From Eutreptiella sp. 'Long Island Sound 2002' (lineage: Eukaryota; Protista; Euglenida): a stretch of 64,000 nucleotides of DNA. Below, in pieces: positions 12,998 through 26,807 of the stretch. Where the stretch lies: NCBI GenBank assembly GCA_964036045.1, contig OZ038379.1, positions 10,850,001 to 10,914,000 on the forward strand, in the 5' to 3' direction. The translations under genes were made by a program, and so were the position numbers. Every line of letters starts with the position of its first letter. Positions within the stretch are counted from its first letter, which is position 1. A model generated the notes under the pieces. It was not told where the DNA came from, did no database searches, and worked only from the letters and a program-made list of their open reading frames with translations.

Positions 12998-14134
12998 CTG
13001 AGGGTCGTCCGGGCAGCCGTGGCGAACGGCATTGCTGACGGCGTTGTCAAGAATGATGTTGCAGACCAGCTCGTCCAGGAACACCATCACGCGCGAGCCC
13101 GCGCACGCGACCTTCGAGCGTGCCCGGCCAAAGCCCGTCGCGAATTCCGCCAAGCTCACGGCGCTGATCGCCGCGGTGTACCTGTCGGAGACGATTCCGA
13201 GGATGCCCTCACGCATGCGGCACCACCACATCCCGCGGACCAGCAGGGCACGGGCCTCCGACAGCAGCCCCGGGTCGCGGCTGCTGCTGCATAGCTCAAG
13301 GCAGCCGGAGACGTCCACCATCAGATTCTTCAGCACGTGGTTCAGCACGCTGTCGGCGTGCTGCTGGGCGGACTTGGTGATGGTCAGCTCGCGCTGCTGG
13401 AACATAACCTGCAGGTATACCTTGCGGAGACTGAGGCTTCGGTGGCAGCCCAGAATGGCAATGAGGGCCGTGAGTGTGATCCACAGCGTCCGGTTAAATG
13501 TGTTGGAGGATGCGAGCATCATCATGACAAACACTAGTTGGTTCCCGATCGGGTTCACGACGGCCCAGAGCACATGGCCGCCGCAGTGGTTGCCCCCAGG
13601 ATTGGTGCAGTGGAGCGCGTCGTTGTGCTGCCAGTTCAGCACAAGCGCAGTCACCGCGAGGTTGATCATTAGAAAATGGAGCGTCAAGGTGCTGCTCATG
13701 GGATGGCCATCTGTGGCCAGGGCGATGACCCGGTCGACCACTGCGGGAGCAGTATCGGAGGCGTTGAAGGTGTCCAGAAGCGCGTTGCTCAAGTCGCGCG
13801 TCGTGAGCGCCACCATGCGGTCCAGGTTCCAGGCAAGGCAGCACGACATCCACAGGGACCCAAGGCATACGAGGACCGTCGCGATGTCATGGAAAAGGTC
13901 GGCCAGTGTCAGCAGCAAGAACATCACCACAGGGCACAGGAGCAAGGCCAGAAGACTGGGGTCGTTCCATGAAAAAACGCCCAGGTACACGCGCCAGCCG
14001 GTGACAAACCCGGCGGCAAGCAGCGACATCAGTGCTGGCGCATACCCGGCAAGGGTGCGCTTGATCGCGGCCTTGCCCAGTGGCTTCTGTCTGCGCCGCC
14101 GTTTGGCTGCCTCCGAAGTCTGGGATCGTGGCAT
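12998..14134 (-). CDS. hybrid histidine kinase, exon 1 (TM sensor region, H-box, N-box)
   Basis: ATG at 14134 (GGTGCCATG); several hydrophobic segments; HADSVLNHVLKN (H-box); NIILDNAVSNAVRHG (N-box); donor CCTCAG|GTGTCC; 1137 nt, in frame with exon 2. Confidence 0.85.
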
Positions 14135-17100
14135 GGCACCGGGACAAGAGCGGACCTTTGCAAAAAAACAAAAAAAAGGGGGGGGGGACCCTCGGAATAA
14201 TGATTTTGACTGCCTACAGCAAATTATGTTCCAGCACTTGTGGCTCCATTTCATGTCAGTGAAGAGGCCCTATGGATGCCCGCTGGCACCGAGCTGAGCA
14301 TCCACTGGCCCCAGAAAAATGGGCATTAACATCTACGGTGTTGCACTTCTCCAGCAGTCCACCTCACTTCTGAAGCAACACCCAATGGTTTGGAGCTAGT
14401 GGAACCCAGTACTGGCGTCCGCAACGGAATGCATGATGAAGTTACAGGGGATTTGGTCATTTGAAACCTGGGGGAATGTGGTGTTGGCCCATGCTGCAAT
14501 CGTCAGGGACTTTTGGGGAAGGAACGGTTGCAGAACTGACCTTTAACCAGGCTCTTGGCCTTGCCCAACAGGTAGAGCAACGCCAAATGACCCGCAGGGT
14601 TGTCTTTCCAGCCCCATCGCATGATATCCCTCTTAATTTTGGTTCTAGCGTCAGATGGCTTGATGGGAGAAGCGGAGTAGCTCTTTATGCAAGAATACTT
14701 CCAAAAGTCCCCAATCCCAATGTCAGCAAAAGGCCCGGCCACTTGTCCATCATACACACATACATGGATTGGCTGATTGACGAGGCCTGGCGCTGCTGTT
14801 GCTGCACGGCCTCTGCAAAGTCTGACCATAGAGGGTGAGGAAGAAAGCGGGAGAGTGAGGGCAAGGGGGACAGCAGCTGACCAGCCATCTTGTGAAGGTT
14901 CTCACGCACACTATGCAAAAAGTTCCCAATGCAAACACACACACACACACACACACACAGAGCGAATACAAAAGAACAAACAAAGCATAATATGCGAAGT
15001 TGCAAACAAGACCCAGAATTGGGCAACGATGTGTCTTTCCAACATGGGATGGTGCACAGCCTGGGAATCCTAGTTCTGCATGTATGCCCACACCATTCCC
15101 GTATCCTGCACCGACCCTGTCCCACACTCTGTCTGCCCAGATCCCTGACATCAGGCATGCACAATGCAATTGCACCTTGTCACTGAAATGGTAATGTACT
15201 TGGGATAACTCGGGCTGGCGTGGTGGGAACCCAATCCCTGATAGCAAGCACGCACAATACAATCGCACCCTCTTACTGAAATGATAATATGGTCATGATG
15301 CAAAAAAAACTTGAAGGATGGGCACCAGGCAGGGGGCACGCACAACAGAGAGGGTGCACATACATACACCGCGGAAGGGCACCCACACGGCAAGCGGGGT
15401 ACGCAAGCGTGGGCTTTCACACATCACCCATGGGCTCACAAGCAAGTCGCCCCCCCTCCCTCTCATTGGCACTCAGGGGTAGCGTTCGTGCTCCACCCAT
15501 GCCACATATGCAAGGATGTGGGGCTAGACAGCGGCAGCGTGCTGGTAGTGGCACACAAGGGCAAACACCCAAGTACACAAACACTCCTACACACAACCGC
15601 CGTTGCATGCATGTTGGGCTGCGTGTCAACCATGCACCGCTAAAACGGTTGCCCACACTCTGATAATCTCTGCACAACTGCACTCATGGCTGCCGTGGAT
15701 GCTCCCATGGCTCCTGCTCATACTTGGGGCTACTAGTGGTGCTCTAATGAGTGTCGTGTTCTTTAACGTCATAGGTGTTGTGGACGCTCTGCTCATACTA
15801 GGGCTACGCCCAAGGCGAGTACTTTCGGGGTCATAACCTACTTGGGTGCCACTTCTTTCCCGCTAGAAGTAGCACACACATCTCCGACATGGCCCCTCCC
15901 AATGCCCGCACGTGTCCCCAAGCTTGGCTCGCATTGCAGTGCCAGTCACTCGCCGCTTATTTTGCACCGGTTTGCATTTTGGGGGTTGTGCCCTGCGAGG
16001 CACAATTGTGCCGTCCGCGTCCTCGCGGATATCAAGGAACCCCATGAGTACGTTTGGCACGTGCACCCGTGCCATTTGGCGTTTGGCCGTTCGACACGCT
16101 GCCCGCTTGTTCCCCGTACAGTCTTGTCTATCTTGGCATTCGCATGTTGCTCGCAACGCAGTTCCTTAGGGATGCTGCTCAACGTGCACTCTCTTCTCTC
16201 CTTGCGCAATTCCATAGTTTGGCTCCAGGTCTTGGGGCAGGGACAGCCACAAGGCAGCCACAAGCACTCCCCGCAGTGCATACGGCAACAGCAAGGTTAT
16301 GGGGCGCCGGGCATGGGGGCTACGTGACCCGGCGGCGGACGGCAGGTTGGTCGCCCTTGACTTTCATGCTTTGGACTTAGGGCTGGAGCCTAAAGCGGTC
16401 GCGATGTGCCGGCAGCATAGCCCAACCGGTAGCAGAGGCGGCGGGAGCAGCACAAGAGATCGTCTGATCCGCTACCAGTGTTGAGGGTGGGCACTTTGCA
16501 TATGCGTAGGTAGTGACACAGTGCAACATAGCAAGAACAGTGTCTAGGCACACAGGCACGTGCACAGTGGTAAGTCACATAGGGCAAGTAAGGGCATTAG
16601 GCCCGGTGCCTCGCCCACTCAAGTACCCGGCAATCACGCCCCCCCATACAGCCCCTAGACATGTCGCGTACACACTTGCCTTTGCCTCTCCCTTGATGCA
16701 GATGTCCTCAACCGACCTTGCGGTCTACCACTGGCCAACGCTGTGCGCTCGGTTTAGTGCACTATCCACATAGCGCACATCCACAGCTACCCGTTGTCAC
16801 CTAAGGCGGCGAGCACCCGTGTGCAAGATGCGGTTCTGGCCTGGCAGAGTGTAGGTGCCCGGCCCCACACGCGGTGGCGGCTCATGGCCGACCATATACC
16901 GGGCCAGTAGTGCGCCGTCTCTTGGTAAGGACGGGATGGCTCACACGCCTGGGGTTCACTCCTAGGTGCTTCCCGTCCAAGGCGCGGGCATGGACCACAC
17001 CCGTGTGCGTGGACCACGCATAGGCAGTGCTTTGCGGCGTGCTTGAGGGCATGGTGTCATCTGATAGGGAGGTAGGAACCCCAACTTGCAGGTGGCAGAG

Positions 17101-17454
17101 CCCATTGGGTGTTCACAAATGCAACACAATGCCGATCCGCTGTTGGTACTATGTGGGCGGGTGGAGCAAGCACAATGGGAGCATGCAACGGCGCCCGCCA
17201 TAGGTGCACAACCATCAAGCGGCGGAACTCTATGGGATAAGGTGTGCACTTGATGAAGTATGCGGCACAAGGGGGCAACATGTAAACCTGGTGGTGGACA
17301 ACATGGGCCAATGCTCAGCCACCTACCGACCACAAAGGCGAAGGCATGCGTCCGGCGGTATACAACGTGTACAAGGTCTGTTCGCCACTCACATCCAGTC
17401 TTGTAGTGCCGTGGGGTTTGCCGCGGGTTTTGCACAACACTTGGGCAACTCCGC

Positions 17455-17510
17455 GATGTGGGGCACTCCCGCGCACAATGTCCATGGAGGCCACACTTGA
17501 AGCACATACT
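17455..17510 (-). mobile_element. CCHC zinc knuckle (gag-like relic)
   Basis: CFKCGLHGHCAREC = Cx2Cx4Hx4C at the start of ORF 16962-17507; surroundings are degenerate. Confidence 0.6.
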
Positions 17511-19139
17511 GGGTGGTCCACTAAAGTGCGCCCGTTGGGGGGGGGGGGGGGCATCCCCCCCCCCTCCCGGGGTGTGGCTCGTCGGATGGGCCTAGACAAG
17601 GGGCCTCCACCACCAAGAAACGCGGAGGCAGATGCCCCTCCCGGGCAAGATGCCATCTGGATGGGGCAGTAAAACCACTACCATACCTAGTGCTACACAG
17701 TGGAGTTATGGTGAACGTGATGACCTCTGGCAAGCCTCACTGGCCTCGAGTCCTACCAAGTAGATCCAGTAGGTCTAGGGTGTCCTCTAGTGGCTCGGCC
17801 CCGACTGCATAGCGTGGCATCATGTCTCGGACTGTGTGACACCAACACGATAGTTGTGGTTGTTGTAGCAGCAAGACCTCAACGGCTTGGGATCGAGCAC
17901 ACATACTCCAATCATTGCTTTGCATAGGGGGCGAAGTGCCCTTGTCAACACCACCCTAGAAACCTATGTTAAACCCAATATGTTTAATATTTGGGTCCAA
18001 AATTAATGCGTTAACCCAAACTTGACCCTTTTGGTGGGGGGGGGGGTTTAGACGGGAGAAACTCTACCCCAATGGGGTGCCTTACGGGATCGGGTGTCAT
18101 TTTCACCCGCGAGTTGGGGTTGGGGTTGGGGCCATGAGGCAACGGAAACTGGGCTCGCATACGCCCCCGTGTCACAGGCGCATGGTCATAACCACATTGT
18201 TCAGTGTTTTGCTTGCTGCACTGCAGCGTAGACCGGTTCTGTACCACACCAGGTGGTTGCTGACTGTGCATAGGCACTGGTCCTCTGGACATTTAGGTCA
18301 GCTCGCACCCACCACCCACCCACAGTGCCGGTTAGTCTCTAACCCTTGCCCTGCAGGTCGTGACCCTGTCATGCACTTGCATTCTGGCTCGTGAGGACGT
18401 GTCATACTCAATCCTCAGGGGCGCAATGGCGCCTTGGATGGCGCAAAGGCGTCTCGGTATGTGCTCCGTCTGTCAGGCAATTCAACAAATCATCGCTGTT
18501 TGGCGGGTGGCGCATACCATTTCTGCTCCCCACCATGCATGCGCATGGTTGGGGGGGGGGGGGTCTCACCTGCTTCCATAGAACAAAACATTAAAACGGT
18601 CCTCGGGTTTAATTTTTGAGTTTAATTTTTCGTTTAATATATTAACCTACAAAAATTAACGAAAAAAGTCGAAATATTAACTACCAAACAAGCACACATA
18701 CCTCAAAACCAGTCGCCGCTCCCTGCGCCTGGATAGCCGCCATCGCTGTCCGAAAGTGTGTGGAGGCCGTTGGGGCCTCCACGGGATCCGCCATGACGTC
18801 GGCAGGCGCCGGGGGGGGGGGGGGGCTCCAGCAAGGACGGCCGCCTTGGCGAACGCGGTGGCGGTGTTCCGCGTGCCGCCCCGGGTGAGGCATCTCCGAA
18901 GGGGCCGGGGCACAACTTGTTTACGTAGTATTCGACCCTCAGCAGCTCTAAAATGAAAATTTTCAAAACCGATTTTTTTGTTATTCTGACTATTCACAAT
19001 GATCAAATATCCTATGGAAACCATGTTTTAGACCCTCTGTGTGTGTTTTTCAGCCTTTTTGGGTGTTTGGACGGGGGTGGTGTGCTTCTGAATGACCAAC
19101 TGTGCCCCCTCTCTCTTCGAGGTGCCTTGCCGATAGGCA

Positions 19140-21100
19140 ATAGAATTTGTGGCTTCTGGGGGGGGGGGGGGGGCTACATGGGCCTAGCAGCTACTACGTG
19201 CGTCCTTGTGGGTGCTTAAGTACCCATATTGCAACCAAATGATCTCCCAAACCCATCCCAGGGGCGGCAGAAGGGTTTCACCAAAAGCCGAAATTAAAAA
19301 AATTTCCAGGTGACACCCTTTTGCCGCCCTGAGGATGGGTTTTAGGGGGCGTTTGTGCACCACGTGGGCACAGCGCGGGCACAGCGTGCACAGCGCGCGC
19401 ACAGCGTGCACATTACAGGGAGAAATTGGGAATTCTTGCTACAATTGGCAATATTCTTGCCGTTAGAGATCCTATAGCATCCCCACAATATTAGATCATG
19501 TTTCACCCACCCGCAACTTGGCATCCATCAAGGCTTGAGTCTTCGACAAGGCTGGCGCCTATCAACCATGACCGACATCAAACCACAAGTACTCCATTTC
19601 CTCCTTCATGACTTTGCACCTCTCCAACTGCACCCTCATGTGGTGTTTTCGGCAAACTGCGAAGAATTCTTGTAGAAGAAGGTAATGATCTTCTTTGGTG
19701 TTTGTACCCAGGCAAACATCATCAATATGGGCCTCCATTTGAGCCCCTGGCTCAATGAGTTCTTGTACAAGTGGGCAGCTTTGAAGCATGTACAAGATCC
19801 TCCGCCGGCGTTGCAAAGCTAACGACCACTCATTCAACGGGTACCCTTTTTGAGTGACATGGACAGCAAACCACACAAATGCACTAGAAATGAGGGCTGG
19901 GGCATGCAAGCAACTCAAATAAATGCATACCAAGACTCAGTGTTACCCCCCCCCTTGCATAAGCTACGCCAAAGTACCAAATTAATACGGTCCCTACGCC
20001 TACTGTAGCTTGGACAAGGCCGTGGCTTGCGCGCAACAGATACAGAAGATTGCATGGTGAGCTGGTGCAAGAATGGGGAAGATAATGCACAAATATCCCC
20101 AAAATCAGAGGTATGTGGGTTCAAGTGGGCAAACACTCACAACAAAGGTGTCCATGACTCTATGTAAACGGCAAATTTGTCACCAGACCCATGTCTTATG
20201 TGGCTGCACTACATTTCGTACCTAATCAAATTAGGTACCAAATTAATACGGTCCATACGCCTGCTGTAGCTTGGACAAGGCCGTGGCTTATACAAGGAGG
20301 GGGGGGGTACTTGTACTAGGCACTACTATTCCTTGGGTATGGTCCTATACAAAAGCCCCAAAATTGCTATTCTCTGGGTTGTTTGGTGTTGTCTATGGTG
20401 CCTGCTACATGGGCCTAGCAGCTACTACGTGGGCCCCTACATGTGCTCAAGTACCCGTATTGTCACCAAATCATCATCAAAACCAATCCCGGGGCTGGCA
20501 AAAGGGTTTAGCAAGAAGCGGAATTTTGAAAAGATTGCCAATGACACCAGACAATCCAAATATTTTTGCGGCTTTTGTGGGGCCTATGGCGCAGGCTACA
20601 TGGGCCTTAGGCTACATGGGCCTACCGGCCACTACGTGGGTCCCCATGGGTTCTCAAGTATGCGTATTGTCACCAAATCATCACTAAGGGGGCGTATTGC
20701 GCGCTGTGCCCGCGCCGTGCGCGCACTGTGCACAAAGGTTGGGGTGCCCATGGCTCGGGGTACATGGGGTAGCAGCTACTACGTGGGTCCCTATGGGTGC
20801 TGAAACACACGTATTGTCACAAAATGATCACCCAAACGCATTCCAAGGGCAAGAAAAGGGGTTCGGAAAACATTGAATCTTGAAAATTTTTTCACTTGCC
20901 ACTAATCAGTTAAACAACAGCAGTTTTGGGACTTTTGGGGGTCCCATGGCTCGGGCAACATGGGCCTAGCGACCGCCACGTGGGTCCCCATGGGTGCTCA
21001 AGTACCCGCATCGTCACCAAATGGTCACCCAAAGCTAGGCAAACTTTTTGCACTGCGTACGCACTGCGTGCACATTGCAGTGGCACCCCCCCCCATGCCC
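19140..21100. repeat. satellite-like repeats (ctacatgggcctagcagctactacgtgg... units) in a composite element
   Basis: The motif recurs at about 19174, 20405, 20611, 20761 and 20957. A second segment gtaccaaattaatacggtcc...ccgtggctt is duplicated at about 19974 and 20236. Confidence 0.7.
19440..19830 (-). mobile_element. Ty3/gypsy-type reverse transcriptase relic
   Basis: MEAHIDDVCLGTNTKEDHYLLLQEFFAVCRKHHMRVQLERCKVMKEEMEYLWFDVG matches the YxDD-to-YLG region of gypsy RT; frameshifted beyond that. Confidence 0.75.
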
Positions 21101-22679
21101 CTCTGTATAACACGGCAAAGCACGTCCTTGGGGTCAGCGTCCGGGCCGCACATCCACCATCTATCTATAGCAGGCAACGTGCAAAAAAGAAGGGTGGCAA
21201 AAAGGGTACAAATGGGCGAAAGTAGGTGGAAATGGGTTCACATGTCATATCCCGAATGCATAAGAAGCTTAGAAAACCCTATCATGGAACAACAAACCTC
21301 CGCAAAAGGGCCAAAACTAGGGTTTGGGTAGTTAGCGACATACAAAACTTTGCACTGCGTGCACGGCAGAACGGTTTCGGGAAAGGACGAATTTTGATTA
21401 GTGGCCACGAAACAGCCTATCTAGCGTGAAAACGGCAGAGTCCTCACTTGCAAGGGCCCGGGGGGGGGGGGGGTACCGGGAGTTTGGACCCGGGACCCCT
21501 GCCATGGCTTAGGGTGTCCATATACAAGAAAAAAGGTGTCCGGGACCCAGGTCCAGATCCACACAAAGCGGCTGCAATACGCGAAGAACTTTTGACCCAC
21601 CATCCCCCCACCCCACCGCAGCACACACACCCCAGCCCAAAAAGGAGTACCCGGGTACGGGGGGTTAGGGGGTCAAAATCGAAAAAATCAATTGGGGGTT
21701 ACTTTTAGACGTCTGATACCATAGCTTGGGGTATGCTACGTGAATGACCCCCAAAAAGGGGAGGTATATGCACCCGCGCCTACGCTTGATCTAACAACCC
21801 TCTTCGAGGTGAATTTTGGCCATGGGGGAGTACTTGCACTGGCGCGTGCACCGCACGCTATTTTTGTGGTGAGGTCCTGACTGTTACAACCTCCAAAAAT
21901 GGCCCATGATGAGAGCAAACACTTTGGCCACAAGAATTGTATAAACACCCCTCCTTCACACAAACATAGCACAGTCAAGAGCAGAAAACTAGCACACATT
22001 TCATACTCTTTGAAATGGCCCTTGGCCCATTGTGGCCCTTCACGCTCCCAGTAAGCCCTAGAGGTGCCTGGCACAAGAGGACAAACGCAAAGGACAAAAC
22101 AACACATTTCCTGTGGACCCCCCCAAACAGGTGCCCCGTGCGCGCACCGCGTCGTTAACTTTTTGGGACCCGGCTTGGCCTCCTCGACGCATCTGGCAGC
22201 ATTTGCCACGGCCCGCACCGGTGATGTGCCCTGAAATTGTTGGGGGTTCGCCGGCCAGCCATGCGCCCTGACATTTTGGTGGGTGTGCTGGCCGGCCATG
22301 TGCTGTGACTTCTGGAGACCCAGTGTGGCCTCCTCAATGAGCCTGGCATATCTGCAAGACCAAGCCCACCCAAAATGTTAGGGCACATTGCCAGGAGGCA
22401 TGGGTGGCCAAAGGGGCCAGTCGGTTCGAAAATATACGGCACAACTATGCTGGCCTTTTTGGCCACCCATGCTTCGGGGTATAACTGAAACATGGCTACA
22501 TCACTCATCGGCACAATTTGCAAATGACCACGTGCAGGGTGGGCTCTATATGAATATGTCCCAGCACTAAGCCCTCACTCCAAAATGCACCATGCTTCTA
22601 GGCTGACACTCCTGTGCTAGGGTGCAGTCAAATAAATCAGGGGCATGCTGACAAAGCAACACAAAGGCATAAAAGCATG

Positions 22680-22877
22680 CACAAACCATATATAGCACCC
22701 TCCCGTGCATAAACCAGATATAGCACACTCCCATCCACAAATGATATATAGGAGTCTAACGTGCAGACCAAAGATGGCACCTTTTGCCATGGTATGTGCA
22801 CGAACGATAAAAAGCAGCCCACCCCGCGCGTGCAAAACCGATATATAGCAAACTCGTGCACAAACAATATGTGTGTG

Positions 22878-22908
<31 letters not shown>

Positions 22909-23050
22909 TTATATATATCTTTATGTATTTATACATATATATATATACATATATATATAGCACCCTCCTTTACATAATCCTCATATAGCACCCTCCCGTG
23001 CACGAACCATATATACCACCCTCCCGTGCACAAACGATACATAGCACCCT
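22680..23050. repeat. about 30-bp minisatellite (atatagcaccctcccgtgca) interrupted by a (TA)n tract
   Basis: Several motif copies on both sides of a TA-rich run at about 22878-22958. Confidence 0.7.
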
Positions 23051-24631
23051 TCAGTGGACCACCTGTAGCCCTTTCAATATGGCCCGGCAAAAATGGCCTG
23101 CAATGTAGCCACCAGCTACAAATGGCTCTCAGTCTGATTGTGTACCTAGAATCTCAGGTGCGTGAGACATGGCAGTAGGGCAGGGGCGGTTGAAACAGCC
23201 TTGATCTTGGTTGTGACCAGCTATGCCCAACTCGGGCGGGCACAATTAAGACCATCGAGATGAGCATGTGTGCCCTCACCACCAGGGGACCGCAGACTTC
23301 CGCCCCAACCCCTTCTCTCCGCTCCACCGGGCCTCCGGCCGCTTTGTAAGCGCCGGAACATGCCCCCCAAAAGCATTTACAACCGCCAGTAGCCGCTTCT
23401 GCAACCGCACATGAAACCATCTCCAATCTGCATCACATCCACAAGCCCCCGCCGTGCATCAGCGTGGAGCAGGTGCTCTACGGATGGCGCACACACCAAT
23501 GCCAATGCCAATGCCAGTGGCGAGATGTAGCTAGGGACAGTGGTACTTTGTAGCTTTATCTAGGTGCGCCGGTCCGTCCTACTAGTGGGCAGCTCAATAA
23601 CAGCTAAATTTCTTCTCCAAGGCGCCCGCTGTGTGACACCGAAGATGTCCTGTCTCAGCATGTCTACTTGGACACCTTCTGCACATTGTGACACTCTGTG
23701 CGTGTGTCTTGTGTACGAACAGACGTCCTGCCTCTCTCGTCAGCATTATTCAGTGGGCGTGCGGGCCGTGGTTGATGGCATGACCTGCGCTGACCCGACC
23801 TAAACACCCGTGGAACCCAGCAACCGTTTGGTGACCATCAACCGCTTTTAAACCGCAACCAATTTTCCAACTGCCGGTAACCGCTTGTGCTACCGCTCTG
23901 CTCCCCCTTCAGCCCCCATCAAGCACATCCCTGCGAGGCACCATACACACCACTCCCACAGAGTTCTGTTGACCAGAGTTGACGCACTTGACCAACTGCC
24001 TCCCCACACATTGAATTGCATCATTCAGCCTCTGTCTGGCAGTGATGTCTGAATCATCGTTGGGTCAATCATTCTGAATTCACTGAACCTGAAGGGGCCC
24101 AAAGGCTCCGACTTCGGAGTGGGCACCCTCCAAGACTCCACCCCCCCTGTTCACACAAAGCGTGTGTGCACAGCCTGGCCCGAGTTCATTAATTAATGAA
24201 TTCATTGCCAGCAGAGTACAATGGCACTGCGAAAGCCCAATAGACCAGGCACACCGAGGCCGTCAACAACAACTCATCTAACAAAAAAACACATGTACAC
24301 ATCAAGACGTACGTAGTGGTTGCACCTGGACCACACATCCACTCGGGATGACGAAAATTCTTATGGCATTTGAAACAGCACCATCAGATAAGCACAAAAA
24401 CTCAACTCCAACAAAATGTAATTGCTGATTCGCCGTACGGAAGGAAGAACCTGGTTCAAAATGAAACATGTCAGCATCATTGCCACGCCGTTGTCTGTTC
24501 AATATTAAACATCTGTGTGTGTGTGTGTGTGTGTGGGTGTGTGTGTGTGTGTGTGATAAAATGTAGTAATCAATATTAAACATCTATGTGTGTGTGTGTG
24601 TGTGTGTGATAAAATGGAGTAATACATTATA

Positions 24632-24961
24632 TCATCCGCCAACCTTACCCAAGATAACGACTTCAATATCGACCTCTTCAAAGAGGAACGCCACTGGCTT
24701 CTGGGCTTCATCGAATTTGCTGCAGGCCTCACGGAACACTTTTACAGTATGAGGAAAATGATCGAGAAAGTTCGGGGAAATGTCCACACCCAGCTTCGCC
24801 CGCTTCTCATGAATGTTCTTAGCCCCAGAGGGGTGGCGATCGAGGAAGTTGGAGATGTCCAAGACGTAGCCGGCGATCACCACCCAACAGTCCCCGTCCT
24901 TGTCGTGCTTCTCGCACTCCTCCAGAGAATAGATTGTCGTCGTGCAAACAGGACTGGTGGT
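24632..24961 (-). CDS. cytochrome b5-like heme-binding domain, terminal exon
   Basis: YSLEEC.KH....DCWVVI.G.VLDIS.FL.RHPSG...D.S.NF..H is a Cyt-b5 pattern with two candidate His ligands. Acceptor GACTCGCAG|ACC, TGA at 24634-24632, no in-frame Met, so an upstream exon is required. Confidence 0.75.
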   Translation of the reverse strand, partial: TTSPVCTTTIYSLEECEKHDKDGDCWVVIAGYVLDISNFLDRHPSGAKNIHEKRAKLGVDISPNFLDHFPHTVKVFREACSKFDEAQKPVAFLFEEVDIEVVILGKVGG

Positions 24962-26105
24962 CTGCGAGTCAACGAAGCCAAGATGTATAAGTGTGTGTGT
25001 TGGGGGAGGGGGGGGGCAGGGGGCGGGGTTATTGATACACACACACCCGATACAGGGGTGGGGTGGTAGAGGGCTTATACTGGTACATACACACGCGATG
25101 CACACGAGAGGGGGGGGGGGTTTCGTTGACATATCTGCCAAGATCCCAAGAAATGTCAAGTTTCACTTTACCAACCCCCCACCCCCCCACACACAAACAA
25201 CATGCTTTGAGGCACAAGGGTATTGGTTGCCTCAGTGGACAAACACCCGGCAAGTGACCTCTTGATTCAATCAACCATGCGATCAGATTCAGAGCAAGCA
25301 TTGCACTCCATCAGGCCGGGTGAAAACCCCTGAAGGATGACTGCTACTACATTGGCCTTCATGAAGCCCAAACAGAACATCATAGAGATCAAGCTAGAAG
25401 GACACCTGCCCAGACCTTCCATGAGTGCCGGAACAAATACAGATTTGATTTACTGAGTTGGTTTGAGGAGGAATCAGATGGACCCCAAGAAAGCGAAGGC
25501 TTACCGAGACACTTCGTTCTCAATCAACGAGTGTGGCCCTGCAATCAGCGCAACAAGGTCTAGCACATGTGAAAGAGGAGCAACTACAATCGAATGCCAC
25601 CATCAAAGCCCGGAATGTACAGACCTACAGACAGAGAAGGCTGCTTTGAGAGAACTGCAGATAACACCGCCAAAGAATTCGTTGGAGACTCTCACAAGAA
25701 GTTTTGCTCGGTCTGTAGCATCACTCTTACTCATCAGGCAGAGATCACCACATGTATCGGACTTTGTTAAAAATCACACACCCGATGGGCTTACTTTCCT
25801 TCCTACCCTACATGCCTGGCGTGTCCTTCAACTTATTGCTGGGCCATGGGAATATCTCAGCATTATGCTAAAATTCCAGCGGACACTTGCAGGGGTGGTC
25901 GAGAGATACAATGCACCCAAGGAAAGGCGGCCACCAATGTGACAATACACTGACCCACCAGCCCAAATACTCTCTTGTGCTCAACAGTGCCAAGACTAGT
26001 GGGCCTTTTCGACGCGTTGGAGATAGCCCGAAATTAGATGTTTCAGGGGCGGCAGTGAGTCCGCCGTGGTGCAAGTGAGGTGCGTATGGTCGCAGACATA
26101 TCCCA

Positions 26106-26807
<702 letters not shown>

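Noticed and set aside
23154-23426. GC-rich minus-strand stretch as an additional exon
   Set aside because: Splice sites are plausible, but there is no motif or linkage to a neighbouring gene.
25463-25942. 159-aa plus-strand ORF
   Set aside because: No recognisable motif or splice context, and it lies in the putative ARF-b5 intron; cannot be supported as a gene.
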